A stretch of 39,962 nt of DNA from Promethearchaeota archaeon (GCA_008080735.1 SHMW01000032.1:1-39962); one strand, 5' to 3'. Counted from the stretch's first letter, positions 29,533 through 39,565 are shown. Notes: generated by a model not told the origin, from the sequence alone. Program-made: numbers and translations.

Positions 29533-30513
29533 ATGGAACTTATTATACTGGGATCTTCCGCTGCGATTCCCATAAAAGGTCGAAATCTCTCTGCGACTGC
29601 CTTGAAATATAAATCTGATACAATCTTGTTTGACTGCGGGGAGGATCTTCAACGACGCTTTAATGAGGCAAATCTCAAATTCAATAAACCTCTTATAATC
29701 CTCATATCACATTTCCACGGAGATCATCTCATCGGGCTTCCCGGACTGCTATTCCGATTTTCCCTTATCGATAGAACTGCTCCCGTGAAAATATTTGGTC
29801 CAAGGAACTTATATCTTTATCTCTTTATGCATCAAGCGATCCTTGGATTAAAAGCAGCCTATCCTCTCAGTGTGTACGAGATCGATAATGAAAATGATAT
29901 AATGTATCAGTATGACGGATTGAAAGCCAAATCGCCTAAAAAAGAAATTCGCATTGAAGATAATATTATTTTTGAGAAGCAGCGTTATACAATTGTATAC
30001 GCCGAGATGAATCATTCTGTCTCTTCTTTTGGCTATGCTTTTATTGAAAAACCGCGTTATGGTAAATTTCATCCCGAAAAAGCTCAAGCATTAGGTATCC
30101 CCGAAAGTCGGTTATGGAAAATTTTACAAGAAGGAAAAATTATTGAGTATGAAGGGAGGAAAATTGACCCTATCAAAGAGGGAATCGTTGATCCCAAGCG
30201 CCCGGGAAGAAAAGTCACCTATTCTGGAGATACTATGCCTTGCAATGCACTGATTGAGTTGGGCAAGGATTCTGATATCCTTGTCCATGAATCGACCTTT
30301 GCCAGCAAATTAAGAGATGTTGCTCGTGAAAAAAAGCATTCCACTTCCGTGGACGCGGCTCAAGACGCTAAGAGGATGAATGCAAAAAAACTTGTATTAA
30401 CTCACATTTCTACCCGTTATCAAGAAGAAGCGAACCAATTACTAAAAGATGCTCAAGAAATTTTTCCAAATACGGTTCTAGCAGAAGATCTGATGCGTAT
30501 TAAAATCAAATAA
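29533..30513 (+). CDS. rnz: Ribonuclease Z
   Basis: LG...P..GRN, FDCGE, SHFHGDH, exosite GKF..EKA..LGIP, SGDT, HESTF, HST, THIS.RY. Confidence 0.96.
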   Translation: MELIILGSSAAIPIKGRNLSATALKYKSDTILFDCGEDLQRRFNEANLKFNKPLIILISHFHGDHLIGLPGLLFRFSLIDRTAPVKIFGPRNLYLYLFMHQAILGLKAAYPLSVYEIDNENDIMYQYDGLKAKSPKKEIRIEDNIIFEKQRYTIVYAEMNHSVSSFGYAFIEKPRYGKFHPEKAQALGIPESRLWKILQEGKIIEYEGRKIDPIKEGIVDPKRPGRKVTYSGDTMPCNALIELGKDSDILVHESTFASKLRDVAREKKHSTSVDAAQDAKRMNAKKLVLTHISTRYQEEANQLLKDAQEIFPNTVLAEDLMRIKIK

Positions 30514-30742
30514 TCCGTGAGTATATTACTTTCGGAAGGTTCAATACCTTAGCGCCTCGGAGAGCTGATTCAAGGATTATGCGGATTATATGAGAATCTT
30601 GGATATTTCAGTACTTAAACCTTGAGAACGTATAAGAGTGATATATCGCCCCATTTTTTTCTTCTCCATTGAGAGGAATTTATTTCTCTTGGGGATCTGC
30701 AAATCTTTAAATAAGATTAGTTAACTTTACAATTAGAGAAAC

Positions 30743-31846
30743 ATGATTGCTGTTATTTTGCAAGGATTAATCGAAACCTCAGTTTTACACTTATTTCATT
30801 ATTTCTCCGTGTTCATTCTCGGCTTTCTCACGCTACAAATCGCGAAAAAGGCATCAGAAGGCACCTTATTTTCCACCACGACGACGGGTTTTACAGCTTA
30901 TATGATCTGTTTCTCCATATATATCTATTTTGTAGAATTGCCTCTTATCTATGATATACCGATGGGAGAGACCCAATTTTATTATTTCCATTTTATCTTT
31001 ATGGCAATATATTTTATCGGAATTATTGTATTTGTATTTTTCACGGAGCTCGATACTCATCTTCGAGGGACTGTAGCCAGTAAGAAACCCTTTCCTTATC
31101 TGTTAACTCTTATTACGCTCGCTGGTACTATCGTATATCTCATTCTTGGAATATTAGCTGTCTATGATCTCTTCATCACGCTTTCCATTATTTTAGTGCC
31201 CTATATTATTGCCACCCAAGAAATAATGAAAAATTTCGAAAATTTAGAAATTGTGAAACGAGAGCAACTTTCGCGATGGTTTTATTTCGGACTGGCGCTG
31301 TCGGGTATGTCAAATGGGCTTATTGGATTGTATTTCGCCATCGGATCCACCGCATTATACATGAAATATGTGGCTATTATCATCGGCAGCTTTTTGATGG
31401 TCTATGCATGGAAATCCCTCCCGAATTTGTCTGAATTGAATTGGATGCAAAAAATGGAGCAACTCTATCTTATCCATAATGAGAGTTCGACACTCTTATA
31501 TCAATATCAGTTTAAAACTGATGCAGTGAGTACGGAGGAAGAAGTCGACGGTGACTTGGCAGGCTCGGCGATCGGAGGAATTGATATGCTACTTTCCGAG
31601 ATTTTAGCAGATTCTGGGCATATTAAGGCAATTGATCACGGAGATAAGAAAATATATTTTGTCCATGGAACCTACGCGACCAGTATCCTTATAGCAAATA
31701 GCCCTTCAAAAGAATTTCAATACAGGCTCGAAATGTTCCACCTTACCTTCGAAAAAAATTATTCTGAAGAATTAGACGAGTTTTCAGGTGCTCTTGCTCC
31801 CTTTAAAGATCTCGATGATCTAGTCAGAGAATCTTTCCTAAATTAA
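30743..31846 (+). CDS. Multi-TM protein with C-terminal longin-like cytoplasmic domain (Asgard-type)
   Basis: ~7 hydrophobic segments then LYLIH..S.LLY...D.DL.G.AIGGI..LL.EI...I..IDHGDKKI.F..G...F...FE..Y. Confidence 0.75.
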   Translation: MIAVILQGLIETSVLHLFHYFSVFILGFLTLQIAKKASEGTLFSTTTTGFTAYMICFSIYIYFVELPLIYDIPMGETQFYYFHFIFMAIYFIGIIVFVFFTELDTHLRGTVASKKPFPYLLTLITLAGTIVYLILGILAVYDLFITLSIILVPYIIATQEIMKNFENLEIVKREQLSRWFYFGLALSGMSNGLIGLYFAIGSTALYMKYVAIIIGSFLMVYAWKSLPNLSELNWMQKMEQLYLIHNESSTLLYQYQFKTDAVSTEEEVDGDLAGSAIGGIDMLLSEILADSGHIKAIDHGDKKIYFVHGTYATSILIANSPSKEFQYRLEMFHLTFEKNYSEELDEFSGALAPFKDLDDLVRESFLN

Positions 31847-32101
31847 TATGTTTTATTTTAAACCTCATGTTCTGCCTACAGCAAATTCATTATCGTGCGT
31901 ATGTTAATAAGAGAATTAGGTTAGGATAGGACTCCTCTTGAAAGAATTTCTTTTTTTTTCTTCTCTTTAAATATTGTATTTACGATTATTAAATGGGTTT
32001 GATAAATAGGTATGCCGAGTCGTTTTTTATTTAAATATGGTCGCATTCTGTAAGCGGTAACTCAATATAAGATACCGAAATAGAAATATTAGAAAAAAAC
32101 A

Positions 32102-32491
32102 ATGCTGAGTCGTAAAAAATTTGAGGTAATCGAGACCGAGGAGGTACGGATCGAGTTGTCAGATCTCACCGTGTTTGAATTGTTTCGCGACTTGGTGAAG
32201 GATTTGATTTACGGCGAGATCGAATTTCTCAAGATGGACGCGCTGCTCTATATACTTCATTTTTGCGAATTTGAGAATGACCCCAAAGACCGCGTAAAAA
32301 TAAAAGAGGGGGAATGTATCATACGGACGGGTGCTTATGAGACCGATTTTGGCTATGATCGCCTCTACGACCTGCTGGGCTCCCTTCAGAGCAGTCTTAC
32401 ACACGACTACTTCCTCCAAGGGGCGATCATCCTTACTGAAGACAATCGGTTGGTAAACAATCTCTTCTATATCAAACCCATTCTCAACTGA
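32102..32491 (+). CDS. Hypothetical protein
   Basis: 129-aa ORF with ATG start; more GC-rich than flanks; no recognised motif. Confidence 0.6.
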   Translation: MLSRKKFEVIETEEVRIELSDLTVFELFRDLVKDLIYGEIEFLKMDALLYILHFCEFENDPKDRVKIKEGECIIRTGAYETDFGYDRLYDLLGSLQSSLTHDYFLQGAIILTEDNRLVNNLFYIKPILN

Positions 32492-32931
32492 GTGCTTTTA
32501 TTTTCTTTCCTTCTCTCCTTTTTATCGGCTATTTAAAGGTAGATTCAGGAAGCTATGAAAAAATCAGATACATAAAAAAAAAGGAAAATATAATGTGTCG
32601 ACGTGTCAAGGGGGTTAATGAATCGGACCAAACTTATGTTTCAGCTTTGCTAATTTCGCTTCGTATTCGGGCATTGCTTATAGTCGGGGAACTTACAAAT
32701 TGCGGTTTTTTTGAGGCAAAATACAACGCGCGGAAAAAGGGGCAAAATAGAATAAGAATCCCAACGTAGAGATCAGGTTATTAAACTACCATTGGAAAAC
32801 TATAGCGAACTTCAATAGAAATGTGAGTAAAGAATTCGGTATTAAATATCCTAATCCTATTTTTAATTTAAATCGAGGATCCTAAATATTATAAGCAAGG
32901 CAATGAATATTTTTTAAATAATTTTGTAGCA

Positions 32932-33435
32932 TTAATCAAAAAAGCCGCACTTAGCTCTGATAAACAAATCGATAATACTCATCGATGCCCACTTTCGAGA
33001 ATCATTCTCATGGTTCCAAATAAATATAAACCGATTTCTAATTTTGCGATTCATATTTATTGGATATCCAAATAAATCTCCATTCCCATATTCCCCAATG
33101 AAAAGAATATTATCAAATGGCATATATAAATCTTTAAAACCATCATAAGTACGCATTTCGGTGTTTTTTTCTATTAATACTTCAACGGGAAAAATTAAAT
33201 CATAAGAAAACTGGTCTTTGACTCCATTTGTTTGGTCATATAATGTTAACAATTCCTTTGGTAATTGAATTTGAAATTTACGCTCAATATTCTGAATTAG
33301 ATATGATTTCGCAGGTTTTGTTATTTTCCACTCCTCAGAAATCATTGGGATTATATTTTTCCATTCTTTTTCCCCTTTTATTTTCTCGTGCAACGATCTA
33401 TGCTTTTCTATCATGTTTAAATCATTTTCGGTCAT
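32932..33435 (-). CDS. SMI1/KNR4 (SUKH) family protein
   Basis: PA....I..IE......LP.EL..LY..TNG, N..MR.......LYMPFD..LFIG..GNGD.FG, F.WNHENDSR.W. Confidence 0.88.
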   Translation of the reverse strand: MTENDLNMIEKHRSLHEKIKGEKEWKNIIPMISEEWKITKPAKSYLIQNIERKFQIQLPKELLTLYDQTNGVKDQFSYDLIFPVEVLIEKNTEMRTYDGFKDLYMPFDNILFIGEYGNGDLFGYPINMNRKIRNRFIFIWNHENDSRKWASMSIIDLFIRAKCGFFD

Positions 33436-33513
33436 AGCTTTAAATCATCAAACGCTTTTAGATGATACATATTTAGTGATTTATCCTAAAAAAATCTGCT
33501 AAAAATCAGTTAA

Positions 33514-33771
33514 GGAGACTATTTCATTTTAAAGAATTATTTCATTGGCTTTCTCTCCAAGCTTATAGGACTTCACCTCGAAAATAATCGGCTCACCACG
33601 CTTCCCGACTCGCTAATTGGGTTGAATATACTTCCTTCGCTTGAAGGAAATAACTTCATATCTGTACCTCCCGTCTTGGAAGAATTCTATAAAAAAATTT
33701 ATGGGAGGAACCCTCGGAATTATTTTAAAAAGTCCAGAACGTTCGGATATAAACCTCCCCCTTCCGAGTAA
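33514..33771 (+). pseudogene. Leucine-rich-repeat gene remnant (3' fragment; not in ORF track)
   Basis: Open frame reads IGFLSKLIGLHLENNRLTTLPDSLIGLNILPSLEGNNFISVPPVL; in-frame TAA at 33511 with no start codon before the LRRs. Confidence 0.7.
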
Positions 33772-33891
33772 TAAAGGGCTTACAGATAAAGGATTCGTTT
33801 AAGTTATATAAAAATCTTTTCCTAGCATGTTTGAATTAGCCCATGCAAACTCTTAAAAGTAAAAAAAAGAATAAAAAAACCTTAGCTCCTC

Positions 33892-34101
33892 TTAGCAGCC
33901 GCCCGCAATGTGAGGCAAAATGACGATCTCGTCGTCCTTTCCAATTGTAGTATCCGGATCCGCTTTTTTGCCATTTACTAAGATGCCAAAATATTTATCT
34001 TCTAAATCAAGTTCTTTAAGAAGATCGGCAACGGTGGTTGTTTTTTCCGGAGAAAAGGTTTCATAAACCCCACTTTCAATAAGTTCAGAAACTTGTTTCA
34101 A
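33892..34101 (-). CDS. ThiS/MoaD/SAMP ubiquitin-like protein ending GG-C
   Basis: TVADLL.EL....GILVNG....D....DEIVILPHIAGGC. Confidence 0.92.
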   Translation of the reverse strand: MKQVSELIESGVYETFSPEKTTTVADLLKELDLEDKYFGILVNGKKADPDTTIGKDDEIVILPHIAGGC

Positions 34102-34250
34102 ATTTTTTTCCTCTTATGTAATTGGTATTGATAATTAGTTCCTTATTATCTAAGTGGAATTACTTATATTTATAATTAATCCTTATCAATTTTTTAATAT
34201 ATATAGTATATAAAAGCGTAATGAGAGCGACTTTCCGCAATTATCTATTG

Positions 34251-34272
34251 CCATAGGCAGATTTACCTATGG
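34251..34272. promoter_or_regulatory. Inverted repeat in the divergent Ubl/TPR intergenic region
   Basis: CCATAGG-N8-CCTATGG. Confidence 0.35.
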
Positions 34273-34418
34273 TGCTTTAAGCTTTGCGTGTAATTTTTGT
34301 CTGAGTGGAGCACCCTTCAAAGTAAAAATTTTTTTATGGAGGTATTAATTCTCATACTTAGTTCCAAATCGATGCGAGATGATCTCTGATTATAGAAGGG
34401 GAAGGTTTTTCTGAGTTC

Positions 34419-36032
34419 ATGGATTTTTTTGAAGAAGTAAGAGACTCAATACTCAGAGCAGATGAAATCGACGATCTCGTGGAGCGAAATAAAAAAATCG
34501 AGCAGATTATTTCTGATTCAATTGACTTTGCGCAGAATCTAACCCATTCGAATGAATATTACGAGGCGGGAGAACTGTTATTTTCTGTTGCTGAGCTTTT
34601 AGAAGATATCGCCTACTCACGCACATTAGAGCTATATGAAAAGGTCATTTCTCACTGGGAGAGCCAGATCAATCTTTACCAGATGCAGGGGAAATTGCAT
34701 GAAATCAGTGAATTATATTTGCGTATTGCAGAGATTTACGGAGAAAAGCTGAAAAAATACGATCTGGAGCGAAGTTTTATTTTTAAAAGTATCCGCTTTT
34801 TAAAGCAAGAAAGTGATTTATTACTCGAGTTCAACGAAGGGCGAAAACTGGCGCAAAACTATCAGAATATTGCCGAGTTATATCTAAAGGTAAATAATTT
34901 TGAAAAAGCCATTGAATTTTATAGGAATGTAATCAAGTTTGCTAAGGAACTACACTATTTCGATATATTGTCTTATTCCTACAAACAAATTTCCTTATGT
35001 TATGAGGAATTGGATGATTTTAAGAAAGCGAAGGATATTATTTTAGATGCGATTGATTTTTTTAGGGATCTCTATAGCAAGTTCAAGAAAAAAAATGAGA
35101 ATCTTGCCGTTGCCCAGATTTGCCAAATTTTGAAAAACCTTTATCATTTCTTAGAAGATGAAGAGCAGTTTATCTTTTTCTCAAAACGAGAAGCGGGAGC
35201 ATATATCAATGTGGCAGAAGAATTAGCCAAAAAAGAGAAAAATTACTATAAAATCGCCCGCTATTATCGCGGAGCAGCCTTATGTTATAAAGATATACAA
35301 GAAAACCTCATAGAAGCCGCCTCGTGTTTTGTCTTAGCAGCAAATTATAGTGAGAAGATAGGAGATTATAATCAAACCGCTATTAATAATTTGGATGCCG
35401 CGAAAATTTTCAAGAAGCTTAGGAATCACGAATTCGCATACAAACATTTCATGAAAGCTGGCGATCATTTTTGGAAAGCTGAGGAATATAATAAATCCAC
35501 CGAAAGTTATTTGAATGCCTATGACATTTCAGTTGAAGGAAAGTTAGAATACAATCGATACGGATTATTCAATCAAATCATTCGCGGATTGAGTATGATT
35601 GCAAAACAAGGACTCCAAAACAAACAGTTCTACACTGCTGCCACCCTAATTCTTGAGAGTATTAAATTTTATGAGCAATTAGATACTGCAAAAGATTTCC
35701 TACTCAAAGAAATGATAAAAAATACTTATAAATATTACTATCGTGCGGCAAACCTTAAGAAAGTGGGGTATTCTCATATCGTCCATTCTTATGTACTCGC
35801 CTCTCTTTCACTAATTCATATTGGAAATTTAGAAAGAGCAAGAGAGATAATTTCCGAAATAGAACCTGAGAGCAAGACGATAAAAGATTTTAAACGTATG
35901 ATAGATCTAATAATCAAACAGGTCTCTGAAGGTCAGGAAGTAAGCATAGGCAAATTACCATTTAAAATTCAACGACTAATTCAAACTTCCGATGATATTA
36001 AGTATTTAATCAATTTATTTAGGCGCTTATGA
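34419..36032 (+). CDS. TPR-like helical repeat protein (alpha-SNAP-like repeats)
   Basis: Repeated A..Y..(I/A)A..Y......A...Y..A helical-hairpin pattern. Confidence 0.75.
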   Translation: MDFFEEVRDSILRADEIDDLVERNKKIEQIISDSIDFAQNLTHSNEYYEAGELLFSVAELLEDIAYSRTLELYEKVISHWESQINLYQMQGKLHEISELYLRIAEIYGEKLKKYDLERSFIFKSIRFLKQESDLLLEFNEGRKLAQNYQNIAELYLKVNNFEKAIEFYRNVIKFAKELHYFDILSYSYKQISLCYEELDDFKKAKDIILDAIDFFRDLYSKFKKKNENLAVAQICQILKNLYHFLEDEEQFIFFSKREAGAYINVAEELAKKEKNYYKIARYYRGAALCYKDIQENLIEAASCFVLAANYSEKIGDYNQTAINNLDAAKIFKKLRNHEFAYKHFMKAGDHFWKAEEYNKSTESYLNAYDISVEGKLEYNRYGLFNQIIRGLSMIAKQGLQNKQFYTAATLILESIKFYEQLDTAKDFLLKEMIKNTYKYYYRAANLKKVGYSHIVHSYVLASLSLIHIGNLERAREIISEIEPESKTIKDFKRMIDLIIKQVSEGQEVSIGKLPFKIQRLIQTSDDIKYLINLFRRL

Positions 36033-36685
36033 AGGATATCGTCCTCAGTTTTGACTTAGATTTCACCTTAATTGATAATACAACTGGCATTCTGAATGCG
36101 TTTAGATATACCTTCGAGACATATAATCTCCCTGGAGTCCATCCGAAGAAGCTTATCAGCACCATTGGAATGCCACTACATAAAGCATTTAAGAAATTTA
36201 CCGATTTCGATCAGAACAAATTAGTGAAGACATTTCGAGACTTTTACTCACGGAAAGGAATGTATCAAGTAGAACTTTATCCCGCTGTCCCGAAATTATT
36301 AAACCGGTTCAAAGCCCATAATCTTATTCTTGGAGTAGTTACATCTAAAAAACAAGAAATTGCTGAAAAATTATTGAACCATCTTGCTATCAGAGACTAT
36401 TTTACATTTGTAATTGGGGAGACTGATAAAATTAAGAAAAAGACTGATCCTGAAGTAAAATCTTTTTTTTTTAACACATATCCCAAGCATAGCTATATCA
36501 TAGTGGGGGATAACGTGAGTGATAAAAAACTTGCAATAATGCTCGGGAGTCCGTTTATTGGGTTATTATCGGGTACCTCATCCAAGTCAGATTTGAAAAA
36601 AGACAGCAAGATTCCAACTCTCATTCTTGAAGATATTTCAAAGCTTACAATAACTCAGATTATAGAATTGATTAACAGAAAATAG
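36029..36685 (+). CDS. HAD-family phosphatase (Gph-like)
   Basis: FDLDFTLID, VTSK, K..P, VGD...D; ATGA overlap with upstream gene. Confidence 0.9.
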   Translation: MKDIVLSFDLDFTLIDNTTGILNAFRYTFETYNLPGVHPKKLISTIGMPLHKAFKKFTDFDQNKLVKTFRDFYSRKGMYQVELYPAVPKLLNRFKAHNLILGVVTSKKQEIAEKLLNHLAIRDYFTFVIGETDKIKKKTDPEVKSFFFNTYPKHSYIIVGDNVSDKKLAIMLGSPFIGLLSGTSSKSDLKKDSKIPTLILEDISKLTITQIIELINRK

Positions 36686-36766
36686 TATTGCATAAGTCTA
36701 GATTACTATCTGACGGTATTTTTCAAGATAAATGAAAAAAAGGAATAAAAAATTATAGGAGTGAGA

Positions 36767-38230
36767 CTATTCTTTTCTCTCTTCGTATTCTTTCATATAT
36801 TTCTTTGGATCCCACTGCTTATCAATGAATTTCCCGATTCCAGAACTATCACGTGGACCTACCAAAACAAAGGCGTCCGCCTCATCCTCTAAGGCACCAC
36901 TAAGTCGGGCTGCCATCCCGGGAATAATTAATATTCGGTGGTCAACTTTATCGAACACATTAAATTCCTTGACTGATTCTGCTATGGAACCCGCCGAGAA
37001 TTGGCCTCCTGCAACCGCGCTCTCAATACCAATTCCTTCACTGTCAGATACTAATAAATAGGCATCGAGATTTGCTCCCTTTATATCTATCTCTACTGGT
37101 ATCTTAGTGAGACGATAATTAGAGGTGACAAATACTGGAGCATCAGGTCCTGGTTCACCAATTTCATACAATCCCGGATCAACAGTCGGATAGACTCGTG
37201 GGTCTGAGAATATGCTTTGTCGAAGGGTTACTAGAGCTAAAAGGGCCCAAATATCCTCTTCTTCTTGACCAGTATGAATGATTATCAATGATGTATCGAT
37301 TGCGATCATAATGGAAGCCATAATTATTTCTTGGTATTTATGTTTCCATATCTCTTCCTCATCTCCCTCAATATCATATTGGGTCCAATAAGCTGCTGGA
37401 ACACCCATAACAGGCCAGCCAGCATTCTCATTCTCTTTGTCAATTGCCGCAATTCGGAGTTGTTGAATATTATCATAAGTCAATTTAATGTTACCTTCTC
37501 CGAAAAACGTTCCAGGATCTAGAATAATCTGATCGGAACCTAACTTTTGTAGCGTTGCACTTAAAGACATTAACTCATCTAAATCTCCGCTCGGAGAGAC
37601 CGCAATAATCGGTAAATCATTCTGTACAGCAAAAGTACCTACTTTCTCCCATGTTTCTTTCGTAGCTGCATATAGGGCCGGTTTTACATTTTTAATCTCA
37701 GTCGCCGCAGCAATTAAGAATTCTGGTTCTAAGCAGCATAGCATTATGGGTAAATTGGTATTTTCAGCAATCTTTTTCGCGGCATTTTTAAAATCTTCCG
37801 CATTTTTAGATACACATCGCAGAGCAATGCCATCCAGCGTCAATTTCTCTCCCATCCTTTCCACAGCTGCTTCCGTAAGATATTTTGAAACTTTAGCTAA
37901 ATCCCCATGTGTGTCTGGGACTTCCACGAAAATACCTGTTGGATTATAAAATGTGAGTTGATGGCGCATTAAGACTTCTTCTCCGCCGATAGTGAGCTCA
38001 CGCTCCCCCACACCGATTCGCACTGGCTTTTGGGGTGGCATAATCATTTCTCTGAGTTTTTTTAGGTTCTTTTTCTGCTTGGGATCTTGCATTAAATGAG
38101 TGCAGTCCTCTATTCTAATCTTACGCTCTAATAAATCAGTTGCAAACGCCATACACGTATCATAACCACAATCTCCGCAATTTGATTTATCCAATAATCC
38201 GTAAACTTCCAATGGGCTTGGTCTTGCCAT
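36767..38230 (-). CDS. cdhE: Acetyl-CoA decarbonylase/synthase gamma subunit (corrinoid Fe-S protein large subunit)
   Basis: NCGDCG..TCMAFA...C 4Fe-4S domain, GGE.V..RH, TLRQ.IFSDPR, VT.NY.LT, IIPGMAARLSG. Confidence 0.95.
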   Translation of the reverse strand: MARPSPLEVYGLLDKSNCGDCGYDTCMAFATDLLERKIRIEDCTHLMQDPKQKKNLKKLREMIMPPQKPVRIGVGERELTIGGEEVLMRHQLTFYNPTGIFVEVPDTHGDLAKVSKYLTEAAVERMGEKLTLDGIALRCVSKNAEDFKNAAKKIAENTNLPIMLCCLEPEFLIAAATEIKNVKPALYAATKETWEKVGTFAVQNDLPIIAVSPSGDLDELMSLSATLQKLGSDQIILDPGTFFGEGNIKLTYDNIQQLRIAAIDKENENAGWPVMGVPAAYWTQYDIEGDEEEIWKHKYQEIIMASIMIAIDTSLIIIHTGQEEEDIWALLALVTLRQSIFSDPRVYPTVDPGLYEIGEPGPDAPVFVTSNYRLTKIPVEIDIKGANLDAYLLVSDSEGIGIESAVAGGQFSAGSIAESVKEFNVFDKVDHRILIIPGMAARLSGALEDEADAFVLVGPRDSSGIGKFIDKQWDPKKYMKEYEERKE

Positions 38231-38575
38231 TTATATCAACTTCTTTTTTTTAGTATATTTAATTGAAATTAATAGTATGATTAAAAAAATAATAGAATAG
38301 TTAAAAACTTGTTTTTTCGTCATTTTTTCATCCTTAATAGTAGAATCTAATACAATAATGCCGATGAAATGTAGCAAACCGATCAAATCTCAATAGAATT
38401 GTGGAATCTGAAAAAATACTCTATTTAAGGTAGCTATTCATTTTGTGAATTCGTGGAAAGCTCTTTATTAGGAAACCTATCCTATTAGCTATATTCTTAT
38501 CTAATTTTTAAGTTTGGATTAGTTTAAAAAGATTAAGGTCCAATAAAATATAACAAATCATTATCTTGTTTACAT

Positions 38576-39565
38576 ATGACTTCTTTTAAAAAACAATTCA
38601 ATATCAAATTAATGAAAAAAATAATTAATAACAGGTATAAATATCAGCCTCAACTTAAGGAGACGAAACTAAATTTATTTCTCAGACAAATCGAACAACT
38701 ATCTCGCAAAAAAACCAATGATCAAGTAGAAGTATCTAATTCTTTAACCCAAGAAGAAAAAATACGATGGAGTAGACAGCTTCGGAATCCGATACTCAAT
38801 CAAGAAAAAATAAAAAACGCGAAAATAAGTGTATTTGGGTTGGGAGGTATTGGGTCAAATGTCCTCTTGAATTTAGCTTATGTTGGGGTCTCTAATCTGG
38901 CTCTAATTGATTATGATAGGATTGAGCTTTCAAATCTAAACCGTCAAACCTTATATACTCCAAAGGATATTGGAAGATTTAAAACGGAATCTGCTCAAAA
39001 AAGACTTTTACAAATAAATCCCGATATAACATCAGAAATCTATAATTTAGAATTGGATTATCCTAAAGGAATTGAATTGTTGAACTTCCCTCCAAATGAA
39101 TATCCCGAGAGGATTTCAATACTAAATTCAATTATTTCAAATAGTGATATTGTTATAAACGCTATGGATTACAAGGGTGCTCCTTATCTTATAAATGATT
39201 TATGTGTGAAGAACAAAAAGCCCTTTTATTGGGCTGGAATTAATTACTTTCTTGGAGAGATTTATTGCTATTTTCCTTCTAAAGAAACGGCATGCATACG
39301 AGATATATTTCATCCTAATGAACCGCTTTTTAATCAAAGCTTTTTACGATATAAAGAGCAGAATCAAGGATTAAATAAATCCAGTTATAGTCTTGGTATA
39401 ATTGCCATAATTATTGGAAGTCTTATATCGAATTTAATACTATTTGATATTAATGAGGTTAACCATCCTTATCATGGGTACTATTTAATGTATGACGGCT
39501 TTAATATTGAGTTAATGAAAATCCCAATTCAAAAAAGAAAAGATTGTCTTTGTCAAAATAGATAA
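38576..39565 (+). CDS. ThiF/MoeB/E1-like adenylyltransferase with N-terminal extension
   Basis: RWSRQL, GLGGIGS, DYDRIELSNLNRQ, GR.K..A..RL..INP, MD; degenerate Zn motifs (CIRD, DCLC). Confidence 0.88.
   Translation: MTSFKKQFNIKLMKKIINNRYKYQPQLKETKLNLFLRQIEQLSRKKTNDQVEVSNSLTQEEKIRWSRQLRNPILNQEKIKNAKISVFGLGGIGSNVLLNLAYVGVSNLALIDYDRIELSNLNRQTLYTPKDIGRFKTESAQKRLLQINPDITSEIYNLELDYPKGIELLNFPPNEYPERISILNSIISNSDIVINAMDYKGAPYLINDLCVKNKKPFYWAGINYFLGEIYCYFPSKETACIRDIFHPNEPLFNQSFLRYKEQNQGLNKSSYSLGIIAIIIGSLISNLILFDINEVNHPYHGYYLMYDGFNIELMKIPIQKRKDCLCQNR

Noticed and set aside
30510-30589. Bona fide tRNA gene
   Set aside because: T-loop-like arm is in the wrong position; no D-arm or anticodon-arm geometry
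32593-32769. ~58-aa plus-strand ORF MCRRVKGV...
   Set aside because: No RBS or recognisable protein features
379-37949. Many 60-160 aa ORFs overlapping or antisense to long genes (e.g. 1238, 4023, 5119, 22119, 27477, 36825)
   Set aside because: No motifs; they lie within well-supported CDS
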